Below the pieces are notes generated by a model. It was not told the origin of the DNA. It searched no databases and saw only the letters and a program-made list of their open reading frames with translations. From Alphaproteobacteria bacterium (lineage in GTDB: Bacteria; Pseudomonadota; Alphaproteobacteria; JAEULC01): DNA of 64,000 nucleotides. Where the stretch lies: assembly GCA_023150455.1 (NCBI GenBank), contig JAKLKW010000001.1:74907-138906 (forward strand), in the 5' to 3' direction. Shown in pieces: positions 16,869 through 27,870 of this stretch. Numbering within the stretch: position 1 is the first letter of the stretch; the number at the start of each line of letters is the position of its first letter. A program made the translations under genes and the position numbers.

Positions 16869-19304
16869 ATGAAAACGCATGCGCAGGTCGTGGTCATCGG
16901 CGGCGGCGTGGTCGGCTGCAGCGTTCTTTATCACCTGACCAAGGCCGGCTGGCGCGACGTGGTGCTGGTGGAGCGCGACCAGCTGACTTCGGGCTCGACC
17001 TGGCACGCGGCCGGCGGCTTCCACACGCTGAACGGCGATCCCAACGTCGCCAAGCTGCAGGGCTACACGATCGGTCTCTACGACGAGCTGGAAAAGATCT
17101 CCGGCCAGTCCTGCGGCCTGCACCGCTCGGGCGGGCTGATGCTGGCCGACACGCCCGAGCGCATGGAATGGCTCAAGATGGCGCACGCGCGCGCCCGCTA
17201 CCTGGGCCTCGAGACCGAGCTGATGAGCGCGGCGGAAGCGCGCAAGCTGATGCCGCTGCTCGACGACAGGTATTTCGTCGGCGCCATGCTCGACGCCGCC
17301 GACGGCAACCTCGACCCGGCCGGCACGACGCACGCCTATGCCAAGTCGGCGCGCATCAACGGCGCCGAGATCTACCTGCAGACTCGCGTGACCGAGCTGA
17401 ATCCGCGCAAGGACGGCGGGTGGGACGTCGTCACGACCAAGGGCACGATCCGGGGCGAGCACGTCGTCAACTGCGGCGGCCTGTGGGCGCGCGAGATCGG
17501 CCGCATGGTGGGCCTGGAACTGCCCGTGCTCGCCATGGAGCACATGTACCTCGTGACCGAGGACATGCCCGAGGTCGTCTCTTTCAACAACGAGAACGGG
17601 CGCGAGCTGCCGCACGCCATCGACTTCAAGGCCGAGATCTACATGCGGCAGGAGCGCAGCGGCATGGTGCTCGGCACCTACGAGAAGGCCTGCGTCCCCT
17701 GGCAGCCGAAGGCCACGCCGTGGGATTTCGGCACCGAGCTGCTGCCGCCCGACCTCGACCGCATCGCGCCCTCGCTCGAGCTGGGATTCAAGCATTTCCC
17801 CGCCATGGCGAAGGCCGGCATCAAGCGCGTGATCAACGGGCCCTTCACCTTCTCGCCCGACGGCAATCCGCTGGTCGGCCCGGTGCAGGGCCTCAGGAAC
17901 TTCTGGTGCGCCTGCGCCGTCATGGCCGGGTTCAGCCAGGGCGGCGGCGTGGGCCTCGCGCTGTCGCAATGGATGGTGACCGGCGACCCGGGCTTCGACG
18001 TCTGGGCCATGGACGTCGCCCGCTTCGGCGAATGGGCGACGCGGCCCTACACCAACGCCAAGGTGCGCGAGAACTATTCGCGCCGCTTCTCCATCCGCTT
18101 CCCCAACGAAGAGCTGCCGGCCGCACGTCCGCAGCAGACCACGCCGCTCTACGACGTCTTGGTCGCCCAGGGCGCGGTCATGGGCGACAGCTGGGGCCTC
18201 GAAACGGCGCTGTGGTTCGCGCCGCCGGGGGTCGAGGCCGCCGATGCCGTCTCGTTCCACCGCTCGAACGACTTCCCGCACGTCAAGGCGGAATGCCTGG
18301 GCGTGCGCAACGGCGTCGGCGTCACCGAGATCGCCAACTTCGCCAAGTACGAGTTCACCGGGCCGGGCGCCGAAGCCTTCCTGTCGCGCCTGATGACCAA
18401 CCGCATGCCGCGCCCGGGTCGCATCGTCCTGACGCCGATGCTGAACCCGCAGGGCAAGCTGATCGGCGATTTCACCATCGCCAAAGCCGGCGACGAGCGC
18501 TTCGTGGTCTGGGGCTCATCCCAGGCGCAGAAGCACCACATGCGCTGGTTCGAGCGGCATCTGCCGACGGACGGCTGCGTCCGCATCCGGCGCTACGACA
18601 TGAGCCTGATCGGCTTGTCCATCGCCGGGCCGAAGTCGCGCGACCTGTTGCAGAAGCTGACCGACGCGGACGTGTCGAACGCCGCGTTCAAGTTCCTCGA
18701 CCACCGCGCGATGGATGTCGCCAGCGTGCCGGCCATGATCAATCGGGTGACCTACACCGGCGATCTCGGCTACGAGATCTGGGTGGCGCCGGAATACCAG
18801 CGTCGCCTCTACCAGGCGATCATGGTGACGGGCCGGGAGCTGGGCGTCATCAATTTCGGCATGCGGGCGCTGCTGTCGCTGCGGCTCGAGAAGAATTTCC
18901 CGACCTGGTACCGCGAGTTGCGCTCCATCTACGGGCCGTTCGAGGCCGGGCTCGACCGCTTCGTCGACCTGGGCAAGAACGACTTCATCGGCCGCGAGGC
19001 GGCCATGAAGGAAAAGCAGAGCGGCGGCACGCTCAGCCGCGTCAGCATGGTGGTCGACGCCGCCGATGCCGACGTGCTGGGCGACGAGCCGATCTGGCAC
19101 GGCGGCAAGGTGGTCGGCTGGGTCACGTCCGGCGGCTACGGCCACTATGTCGACCGGTCGCTCGCCCAGGGCTATGTGCCGAAGGCGCTGGCCGGGGACC
19201 TGGCGCAGGGCGCGTTCGAGATCGAGATCATCGGCGACCGCCGCCGGGCGACCGTCATCGCCGAGCCGTTGTTCGACCCGGAGGCGCAGCGGATGCGGAT
19301 GTAG
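16869..19304 (+). CDS. Dimethylglycine/sarcosine dehydrogenase family protein (FAD-dependent oxidoreductase fused to a GcvT-like folate-binding aminomethyltransferase domain)
   Basis: N-terminal FAD motif VVVIGGGVVGCSVLYHL; C-terminal GcvT-like part (..YTGDLGYEIWV..); about 811 aa, typical of DMGDH/SarDH. Confidence 0.85.
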   Translation: MKTHAQVVVIGGGVVGCSVLYHLTKAGWRDVVLVERDQLTSGSTWHAAGGFHTLNGDPNVAKLQGYTIGLYDELEKISGQSCGLHRSGGLMLADTPERMEWLKMAHARARYLGLETELMSAAEARKLMPLLDDRYFVGAMLDAADGNLDPAGTTHAYAKSARINGAEIYLQTRVTELNPRKDGGWDVVTTKGTIRGEHVVNCGGLWAREIGRMVGLELPVLAMEHMYLVTEDMPEVVSFNNENGRELPHAIDFKAEIYMRQERSGMVLGTYEKACVPWQPKATPWDFGTELLPPDLDRIAPSLELGFKHFPAMAKAGIKRVINGPFTFSPDGNPLVGPVQGLRNFWCACAVMAGFSQGGGVGLALSQWMVTGDPGFDVWAMDVARFGEWATRPYTNAKVRENYSRRFSIRFPNEELPAARPQQTTPLYDVLVAQGAVMGDSWGLETALWFAPPGVEAADAVSFHRSNDFPHVKAECLGVRNGVGVTEIANFAKYEFTGPGAEAFLSRLMTNRMPRPGRIVLTPMLNPQGKLIGDFTIAKAGDERFVVWGSSQAQKHHMRWFERHLPTDGCVRIRRYDMSLIGLSIAGPKSRDLLQKLTDADVSNAAFKFLDHRAMDVASVPAMINRVTYTGDLGYEIWVAPEYQRRLYQAIMVTGRELGVINFGMRALLSLRLEKNFPTWYRELRSIYGPFEAGLDRFVDLGKNDFIGREAAMKEKQSGGTLSRVSMVVDAADADVLGDEPIWHGGKVVGWVTSGGYGHYVDRSLAQGYVPKALAGDLAQGAFEIEIIGDRRRATVIAEPLFDPEAQRMRM

Positions 19305-19425
19305 CTGCGGGCGCCGACCGGAGACCCAATTCGAATCGCAGCCGGCTGCAACATAGGTCTTGTGGCCCCGACGCCGGACCGCCATACTGGTTGCTGGTTT
19401 CAATAACGTGAAAGGAGGTGATCCA

Positions 19426-19494
19426 GTGTCTCATTGTCATGTTCGGTTGACGGCCGGGACCTGGGTTATCACCGCCTTGGACAGGGCGAGCTAA
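19426..19494 (+). other. Mini-ORF (22 codons, GTG start) preceded by a 15-17 nt perfect complement of the 16S rRNA 3' end (GAAAGGAGGTGATCCAG)
   Basis: Seen in sequence: gaaaggaggtgatccaGTGtctcattgtcatgttcgg...gcgagcTAA. Function unknown (leader peptide, sRNA or regulatory element). Confidence 0.25.
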
Positions 19495-19533
19495 CCCGAC
19501 GTTTTGGTCCTCGGCACCGACCGAGGGACAATG

Positions 19534-19563
19534 GAAGGGCCGCTTCGAAAGAAGCGGCCCTTC
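19534..19563. terminator. Perfect 13-bp stem hairpin GAAGGGCCGCTTC-GAAA-GAAGCGGCCCTTC (GNRA-type tetraloop) in the 500-nt intergenic region; no U-tract on either strand
   Basis: Seen directly; preceded by a second imperfect hairpin GTCCTCGG-cacc-gac-CGAGGGAC at about 19508-19530. Confidence 0.3.
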
Positions 19564-19803
19564 TTCGTTCCGGCGCCGGCGCCGGGCCCCTTTCCGCCAG
19601 CCTGGCTGCGGTTTGGCGGCCTGCGTACCCGCCCAGGTGCCGTGGCGCGCGGTTTCTCTTGCGGCCGGGCGGCATGTTAGGGTTATGTGCAGCGGGGGAA
19701 GCCCGTGATTCTGATGGAATTTCATGATGCTGCCGGCGCCAGGTGAGATCGCCAACCGGGCCGCGGTCGCCGCCGCGGCGGATGGTGGGATGGCGCCCGC
19801 GCC

Positions 19804-20997
19804 ATGACCCTGCCGCAGCGCTACATCCTCGGCGCCCTCGTCAAGACCGTCGTCGCGGTTGTCGTGATCGTCGTCGCCGTCGCGTGCATCACGCGGTCGC
19901 TGGTGTTCCTGGACTACATCGTGAACCGCGGCATGTCGGTCTCCATCTACTTGTACATCATGCTGCTCACGATGCCGATGCTGCTGTTCGGCCTGTTGCC
20001 GCTCGCCGGGTTCGCGAGCGTGCTTTTCATCTATCACAAGCTCAGCATCGACAACGAGCTCGTGGTGCTGCGCTCGGCCGGGATGAGCAACGCCGCGCTG
20101 GCAACGCCCGCCATCATCGTCGCGGGCGCCACGACGATGCTTTGCCTGTCGATGTCGGCCTATTTCATGCCGAGGTCGTTCGGCGAGTTCAAGGACATCG
20201 AATTCTTCCTGAAGCACCGCGTTGCGAGCCTGATCGTCAAGGAGGGCGAGTTCAGCCGGCTCGGGGCGAAGGTCACGATCTACGTCCGCGAGCGCAAGCG
20301 AAGCGGCGAGCTGATCGGCGTGCTCGTCCAGGACGATCGCGATCCCGAGCGGTCGAAGACCGTCACCGCCGAAAGCGCCCTGTTGTCGCGCGTGGGCGAC
20401 GTCAACAAGGTCCTGCTCAAGCAAGGCAATATGCAGGAGTTCGAGCGGCGGACGGGAAGGCTTTCAGTGGTGTATTTCGACCAGCACGTCACGGAGATCG
20501 ACATGCGGGAGTCCGGGCCCGCCCGGATTCGCGAGCGCGGCATGGCCGAGCGCGGCATCCTCGAGCTGCTGAATCCTCCGACCGAGACGCCGCGCGACCG
20601 CGAGCTGGTCGGTCGGTCCCTGGCGGAAGGCAATCAGCGCATCGCCTTGCCGCTGCTGTGCCTGACCTATGTTGCGATCGCCCTGGCCACGCTGCTGATC
20701 GGACCGTACGACCGCCGTGGCGCGCGCGTGCGCATCCTGGTTGCCTGCGGCGTGGTCGTGATCGTGCAAGCGCTGAACCTTCTCCTTGCCAGCGCGGCAT
20801 CGAAAGCCACGATCCTGCTGCCGGCCATTCATCTGAACACGCTCCTGCCGGGCCTTGCCTGCGCGGTCCTGCTCGCCTACTGCGACAGGCGGCTTCCGCG
20901 CGGCCAACTGCTTGGCCGGTTGCAGCGCCACGCAACCGTCTCCCTGCCTGGCTGGCGCGGGACCGCGCCATCGATGCGGGACGGCGGCGTTGGATAG
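19804..20997 (+). CDS. LptF/LptG family permease (YjgP/YjgQ)
   Basis: 397 aa, N-terminal TM helices, large central periplasmic domain, C-terminal TM helices; typical YjgP/YjgQ architecture. Confidence 0.75.
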   Translation: MTLPQRYILGALVKTVVAVVVIVVAVACITRSLVFLDYIVNRGMSVSIYLYIMLLTMPMLLFGLLPLAGFASVLFIYHKLSIDNELVVLRSAGMSNAALATPAIIVAGATTMLCLSMSAYFMPRSFGEFKDIEFFLKHRVASLIVKEGEFSRLGAKVTIYVRERKRSGELIGVLVQDDRDPERSKTVTAESALLSRVGDVNKVLLKQGNMQEFERRTGRLSVVYFDQHVTEIDMRESGPARIRERGMAERGILELLNPPTETPRDRELVGRSLAEGNQRIALPLLCLTYVAIALATLLIGPYDRRGARVRILVACGVVVIVQALNLLLASAASKATILLPAIHLNTLLPGLACAVLLAYCDRRLPRGQLLGRLQRHATVSLPGWRGTAPSMRDGGVG

Positions 20998-21070
20998 GTC
21001 CGCGGCCGGCGGTCCGCTTCGCGCCCTGGCGTCGTCCGCGACGGCAGCCCATGTCCTGTGCCTGCTGATC

Positions 21071-21823
21071 GTGATCAGCTTCTTCGGGTCGGTCGCGATC
21101 GCGGCGTCCTTGTTCCCGACCGGCTTCGACATGCGCTACCGCTGGGTTTCCTCGCTCGCCTCCTCGCGCGACAATCCGGGCGGCCATCACTATTTCGGTG
21201 CCGGCCTGATCCTCGTCGGCCTGCTGTCGATACCGGTTGTCCGCTACTTGTTCCTGACGCTCCCGCGCCATCGATCGCTGAACCGCCTGGGCCTGGCGCT
21301 GCTGTATATCGGCGCCGTGGCGCTGGTGACCCTGGGCATCGAGGCGGCATTCTTTCCCAATCCCGGAAAGGTGCGTTTCGTCCACGAAGTGGCGACTGGC
21401 GCCGGATTTGGCGGCTACGCCTTCGGGTTCGCCTGCTTCACGGCCATTGCGATCCGCCAGGCGCCGGGATCGCGCTATGCGCAGATGTATGGCGGTCTCA
21501 CAGCCGTCCTCATCGGGCTGCCGCTGATCGCGACCGGAATCTGCGAGCTCGTCTGGCTGGCGACGCACTCCCCGGATCTGTTCGGCTCGGACTTTCCGGA
21601 GAAGAAGCTGCCTTGGCTGGTTTTCAGCAAGGCTCTCTGGGAATGGATGCTGATCATCGACCTCATCCTCGTGCTGTGGATGACGGTCTGGCATGTATCG
21701 CGCAATTCGCGCCCGGTTGGAGAGCCCGCCCGCGGCCTTGGCGATCTCGTCGGCGTCCCGGTGCGAGGCGACGCGCCGGCTTCCCTGGTCGCCCGCGAGG
21801 CGAATATCGACCAGGGCGCATGA
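21071..21823 (+). CDS. Integral membrane hypothetical protein (about 250 aa, 6-7 TM)
   Basis: Hydrophobic ORF following the LptF-like gene; 5' part of ORF 20855 overlaps the preceding gene so start placed at in-frame GTG 21071 (uncertain). Confidence 0.4.
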   Translation: MISFFGSVAIAASLFPTGFDMRYRWVSSLASSRDNPGGHHYFGAGLILVGLLSIPVVRYLFLTLPRHRSLNRLGLALLYIGAVALVTLGIEAAFFPNPGKVRFVHEVATGAGFGGYAFGFACFTAIAIRQAPGSRYAQMYGGLTAVLIGLPLIATGICELVWLATHSPDLFGSDFPEKKLPWLVFSKALWEWMLIIDLILVLWMTVWHVSRNSRPVGEPARGLGDLVGVPVRGDAPASLVAREANIDQGA

Positions 21824-21856
21824 GCCCGCCGCACGCCTTTGGCGCACGCGGGAGCG

Positions 21857-23707
<1,851 letters not shown>

Positions 23708-23826
23708 GGGGGCGCAAACATAGCGCCGGGTGGGCAGGATGCACGCGAAAAGCGCCGCGGCGGGGCGTCCGCGCGGCGGTCGCTGCGATGCGCGCCGAAG
23801 CGGCGGCTCCGGCGCCCCGGCGAATA

Positions 23827-25500
23827 TCAGCGTGCGCCGTGTGGCACGTAGACTCCGACGCTCTCGCGACGGAGGCGGCCGATCGGCGTGCCCACGACGC
23901 GCTCGCGCAGTTCGGCGCCGATTTCCCGAGCCGCGATCTCGGCCTGAAAGACCCGTTCGTTCCGGGCGTCGATCAGCGCGATGCGGCAGCCGCCGGCTGC
24001 CAGAAAGCGCGCCGCATCCTCGGCAAAGGTGAGCCGGGTGCGGGTACCGACCATGAAGACCAGGCTCGGCTCGTGATAGCCGGCCGATGCGACCGCGGGG
24101 TCCGGGCAGGGCGCGTGGCGCGCGATGGCGGCGGCGAGACGCGGCGTCATCCACACGCTGTCGAGGCGCGGGAATACCAGCCCGAACGTGCTGAACTGCA
24201 GCAACACCGTGGCGGTCGCCAGCCCCGCCGCCATGCCGGTGGGCCGTTCGCGCAGCCGGTGCATCGTCAGCACCGCGGCGACCAAGCCGGCGAGCGAGAC
24301 CACCGCGGCCGTCGGCGCAAGCTCGCCTTCGATCGCGTAGAGCAGCATGGGCCCGGCGGCCGCGACGCCAGGGGCGGCGGCCATCGCAAGGCCGGCGAGA
24401 ATCCTACCGGGTTGCCGTCCGTCCAGCAGCGCCATGGCGGTCAGTACGGCGATCGCCGGATAGGTGGGAAGCACGTAGTGCGGCAGCTTGGTGACGACCA
24501 GCTCGAACACGACCCAGGTCGGGATGATCCAGGCCAGGCAGAAGCGGACGCGTCGATCGGACCCGTGCTGCCAGGTCCAACGCGCCGCGACGGGGGCCAG
24601 CACGGCGGCGGGAAGGAAGGTCATCCAGAACAGCGCGAGGTAGTATCCGGGCGGCGCGCCGTGACCTTCCGCGCCGGCCGCGACTTTCCCGAGCAGGTTC
24701 CTGCCCACCGCCCTCGCGAAGAAGTCGCCGCCGCTTTGCACGCCGATGACGATGAACCACGGCATGACCAGGAGCAGCGTCAGGACGATGCCCGGCGCGG
24801 GATGCAGCGCCTTGAGCCATGCCGCGGAGCGGTCCCATATGCAGAGCGCCAGCGCGGTCGATCCGACGACGAGCAGGATGATCGGCCCTTTGACCATCAC
24901 GCCCGCCGCCAAGGCGACCCAGAACAGCATTGCTCTGCCAAGGCCCACGCGTTGGCCCAGATAGGCGCGCGCCAGCAGGCCGATGGCCCCGAGCGTGGCC
25001 GCCAGCAGCACCGCATCGGTCTTGGCCAGCCGCGCCTCGACCCCGAGCAGCACGGACGTCGCGATGAACAGGCCGGCCATGAACGCGCCGGGTGGGCTCG
25101 TGAAGGCAAGCGCCACCCAATAGGTCAGGACGACGGCCCCGACCGCGCCGAGCAGGGACGGAATGCGATAGACCCAGATCGGCGCCCTGTCGCCATAGCC
25201 CGCAAGCTGAAGGGCGGCGTTTTGCAGCCAATAGATGCCGATCGGCTGGTGATGACGGGGCTCGTTCTGGAAGCGGATGTCCAGATAATCGCCGCTTTCG
25301 CGCATCTGGCTGGTCGCTTGCGCGTAGCGGGGCTCGTCCCGGTCGATCGGCGGGAGCTGGAAGAAGCCGGGGAGGAAGGCGAGCAGCGCCACGGCGACCA
25401 GGACCGCGACGGCGCGCCGGTGCGTGAGCGTCGCCCGCTGCACGATCGAGACGAAGCCGTCCGCCGGAATCGCCCTTGGCCCTTGCGTCGACTCGGTCAC
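23827..25500 (-). CDS. ArnT-like GT-C glycosyltransferase (GT83/GT39 family; 4-amino-4-deoxy-L-arabinose or dolichyl-phosphate-mannose transferase-like)
   Basis: 557-aa polytopic membrane protein with the DEPRY motif in the first periplasmic loop (IDRDEPRYAQATSQM) typical of ArnT/PMT enzymes. Confidence 0.8.
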   Translation of the reverse strand: MTESTQGPRAIPADGFVSIVQRATLTHRRAVAVLVAVALLAFLPGFFQLPPIDRDEPRYAQATSQMRESGDYLDIRFQNEPRHHQPIGIYWLQNAALQLAGYGDRAPIWVYRIPSLLGAVGAVVLTYWVALAFTSPPGAFMAGLFIATSVLLGVEARLAKTDAVLLAATLGAIGLLARAYLGQRVGLGRAMLFWVALAAGVMVKGPIILLVVGSTALALCIWDRSAAWLKALHPAPGIVLTLLLVMPWFIVIGVQSGGDFFARAVGRNLLGKVAAGAEGHGAPPGYYLALFWMTFLPAAVLAPVAARWTWQHGSDRRVRFCLAWIIPTWVVFELVVTKLPHYVLPTYPAIAVLTAMALLDGRQPGRILAGLAMAAAPGVAAAGPMLLYAIEGELAPTAAVVSLAGLVAAVLTMHRLRERPTGMAAGLATATVLLQFSTFGLVFPRLDSVWMTPRLAAAIARHAPCPDPAVASAGYHEPSLVFMVGTRTRLTFAEDAARFLAAGGCRIALIDARNERVFQAEIAAREIGAELRERVVGTPIGRLRRESVGVYVPHGAR

Positions 25501-25791
25501 GGAATCGGCCCCGCATTGGAAGCGCAGACGGTCTGTCGGCGCCGGGCTGTCCCCGGGTCTGCCGTCGGGCTGGGTCTTATATCATTCCCGCTTGGAGTGC
25601 ATCGGCCAATCGAGCGCGAGCCGCAACTTGAGGCGCGTATCGCCCGCTTCTCCCGCGCGAGTCGGACGGCGATCGGATCGAGATGGAACGGCAGGCCGAC
25701 GCGCGGCGTGGCGTGCCGGGCCGAACAGGGCCTGTCGGCTTGCCCAATTGGCGCCGATCGGCGAAAACGACACGAACCTGGAGGATGATGC

Positions 25792-26694
25792 GTGACCCTC
25801 GATCGACGCATGGTCGGCCCCGTCTTCGGCGCGCTCGCCCTGGCAGCCGTCTGCACGCACGCGTCGCGGGCCGAGGAAACAACGGTGGCCGCCCTCGCCC
25901 GAACGACGCATTTCCATGGCATCGCGGTCGACCGCGCCGATCCCTCGCGCCTGTTCCTGGCGACGCATCACGGTTTTTATGTGGTCGCCTCTGACGGCAA
26001 GCCGACCCGCGTTTCGCAGGGACGCGACGACTACATGGGGTTCACGCCGCATCCTTCGGATCCCCGGCTCCTGTACGCGAGCGGCCACCCGGCGGGCGGC
26101 GGAAACCTCGGCTTCATGGCGTCGAACGACGGGGGACGCACCTGGACCAAGCTGTCCGATGGAGTCGGCGGGCCGGTGGATTTCCACCAAATGGATGTAA
26201 GCAAGGCCGAGCCCAGCGTCATTTACGGTGCCTACGGCGAGTTGCAGCGCAGCCTGGACGGCGGAAGGACATGGGTACGCGTCGCGCCCGTGCCGGAAGG
26301 GCTCATTGCGCTCGCCGCCTCGGCCCGGAACCGCGACACCGTCTATGCCGCCACGCAGCGCGGACTGCTGATAAGCCGCGATGCCGGGCGCGGCTGGATG
26401 CCGGCGCATCCGGCGCGGCAGCCGGCCACGAGCGTCTACACGGCCGCGGATGGAACGATCCTCGCGTTCATCCTGGGCGCCGGTCTGATGCGGGCCGCGG
26501 AGGATCGTCTGGACTGGCAAGTCGTGACCGGACCAGTCGGGCGACTGGCGATGCTGCACCTGGCAGGCTCTCCCGCGGACCCGAACCTGCTCTACGCGGT
26601 GACGATGCACACCGATACGCGCGTCCAGTCCGTTCAGGTCAGCCGCGACGGCGGCCGGAGCTGGAATGTGCTCGGCGGCAAAGGCCCTCAATAG
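25792..26694 (+). CDS. Secreted BNR/Ycf48-like beta-propeller protein (300 aa)
   Basis: Signal peptide (GPVFGALALAAVCTHASRA) and Asp-box-like motifs (SNDGGRTW, SLDGGRTW, SRDAGRGW, SRDGGRSW). Confidence 0.7.
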   Translation: MTLDRRMVGPVFGALALAAVCTHASRAEETTVAALARTTHFHGIAVDRADPSRLFLATHHGFYVVASDGKPTRVSQGRDDYMGFTPHPSDPRLLYASGHPAGGGNLGFMASNDGGRTWTKLSDGVGGPVDFHQMDVSKAEPSVIYGAYGELQRSLDGGRTWVRVAPVPEGLIALAASARNRDTVYAATQRGLLISRDAGRGWMPAHPARQPATSVYTAADGTILAFILGAGLMRAAEDRLDWQVVTGPVGRLAMLHLAGSPADPNLLYAVTMHTDTRVQSVQVSRDGGRSWNVLGGKGPQ

Positions 26695-27203
26695 GCCGGG
26701 AATCGCGCGCGCATCGCGCGTTCCTCCAGCCGGATGCGGACGACGAGTGGAACCAGGTAGAGCGGCAGCCCCAGCAGCAGCGTGCCGTAGGCATTGAGGG
26801 CCAGCGCGAATCCGACAAGCTCGGGCAGGATGTTCAGGTAGTAGTTCGGATGCCGAAGCCGGCGGAACAGCGGCCCGGTCACGAGCACATGGTCGGGCGA
26901 CAGGAGCAGCTTGACGGTCCACAGGCGGCGCAGCGAGCGGACCACGACCAGCAGCATGGCCATGCCGAACAGGTACAGCGCCATGCCCGCGAGCGCGGCG
27001 GTATCGAGCCTCTGGTCGCGGAGGGTGAATCCCTCGGCGACCGCGGCGGCGTAGAACGCAACATGCGCCGCCGCCAGCACGGCGCTGTTGCGCGCGCCGA
27101 TCTCGACGGCGCCTCGCCTCTTCAATCGGGCTTCGTTGCGAAGCGAAACCGCGAGCATCGCCAGCCTGACGGCGATGGCGAACAGAACGAAAGCGACGAG
27201 CAA
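26688..27203 (-). CDS. Isoprenylcysteine carboxyl methyltransferase (ICMT/PEMT) family membrane methyltransferase
   Basis: C-terminal ICMT motif ..GPLFRRLRHPNYYLNI...VRIRLEERAM..; start uncertain (TTG 27203 or ATG 27158); the long 5' extension of ORF 26688..27668 is antisense to the CBS gene and is rejected. Confidence 0.6.
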   Translation of the reverse strand: MLVAFVLFAIAVRLAMLAVSLRNEARLKRRGAVEIGARNSAVLAAAHVAFYAAAVAEGFTLRDQRLDTAALAGMALYLFGMAMLLVVVRSLRRLWTVKLLLSPDHVLVTGPLFRRLRHPNYYLNILPELVGFALALNAYGTLLLGLPLYLVPLVVRIRLEERAMRARFPAY

Positions 27204-27330
27204 GACGCACTCCCCGGGGCGCGGTCCCCGTGCCACGCGGACCGGGCTATTGTATACTTGCCTGTCTGGGGCAGGGGACCGCGCTGCAACGCGCAACGCG
27301 TGCAGGCAATTCCAGCAATGGAGGTCCGCC

Positions 27331-27750
27331 ATGAAAGTCAAGGAAGCGATGCACAAAGGGGTCGAGTGGGTCGATCCGGACACCCCGGTCATCGAGCTCG
27401 CCAAGCTGATGCGCAAGCACGACATCGGCGCCATCCCGATCGGCGAGAACGATCGGCTCGTCGGCATGGTGACCGACCGCGACATCGTCTGCAAGGGCCT
27501 GGCGCAGAACGGCGCCGAGGCCGGGCGCATGAAGGCGCGCGACGTGATGACGCCCGGCATCCACTGCTGCCGCGAGGACGACGACCTCGCCCGTGCGGTC
27601 AGGCACATGGAGCAGCTCAAGGTCCGCCGGCTGCCGGTCATCAACAAGAGCAAGCGGATGGTCGGCATGCTGAGCCTGGGCGACCTGGGCCAGACGGCGC
27701 CCGGCGAGCTGGTCAGCGAATGCGTGCGGAACGTCGCCGCGCATCATTGA
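27331..27750 (+). CDS. CBS-pair domain protein (139 aa)
   Basis: Two CBS motifs (..DTPVIELAKLMRKHDIGAIPIGENDRLVGMVTDRDIV.. and ..DDDLARAVRHMEQLKVRRLPVINKSKRMVGMLSLGDL..); GGAGG SD upstream of ATG 27331. Confidence 0.8.
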   Translation: MKVKEAMHKGVEWVDPDTPVIELAKLMRKHDIGAIPIGENDRLVGMVTDRDIVCKGLAQNGAEAGRMKARDVMTPGIHCCREDDDLARAVRHMEQLKVRRLPVINKSKRMVGMLSLGDLGQTAPGELVSECVRNVAAHH

Positions 27751-27870
27751 GCCCGGGCTAATGTCGCTGCCCGGCGGGTACCGTCCCGCCGGGCGCGGCC
27801 GGCTTCGGGTTGACGCCGCGCGCCGGCTGGTCTTGCATCCGGCCGGACGGATCACGCGCGGAGAGGAAGC

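Noticed and set aside
16848-18281. 477-aa minus ORF and other ORFs overlapping the DMGDH gene (for example 16499..19411 plus-strand in another frame)
   Set aside because: Overlap the FAD/GcvT-domain gene in wrong frames; no independent evidence.
19390-19440. Possible 16S rRNA gene fragment
   Set aside because: Only 17 nt match the 16S 3' end; flanking sequence shows no further rRNA similarity, so no rRNA gene is called. Kept as a finding instead.
26688-27668. Full 326-aa extent of the ICMT ORF
   Set aside because: Upstream two-thirds is antisense to the CBS gene and its promoter region; only the C-terminal about 170 codons carry the ICMT motif.
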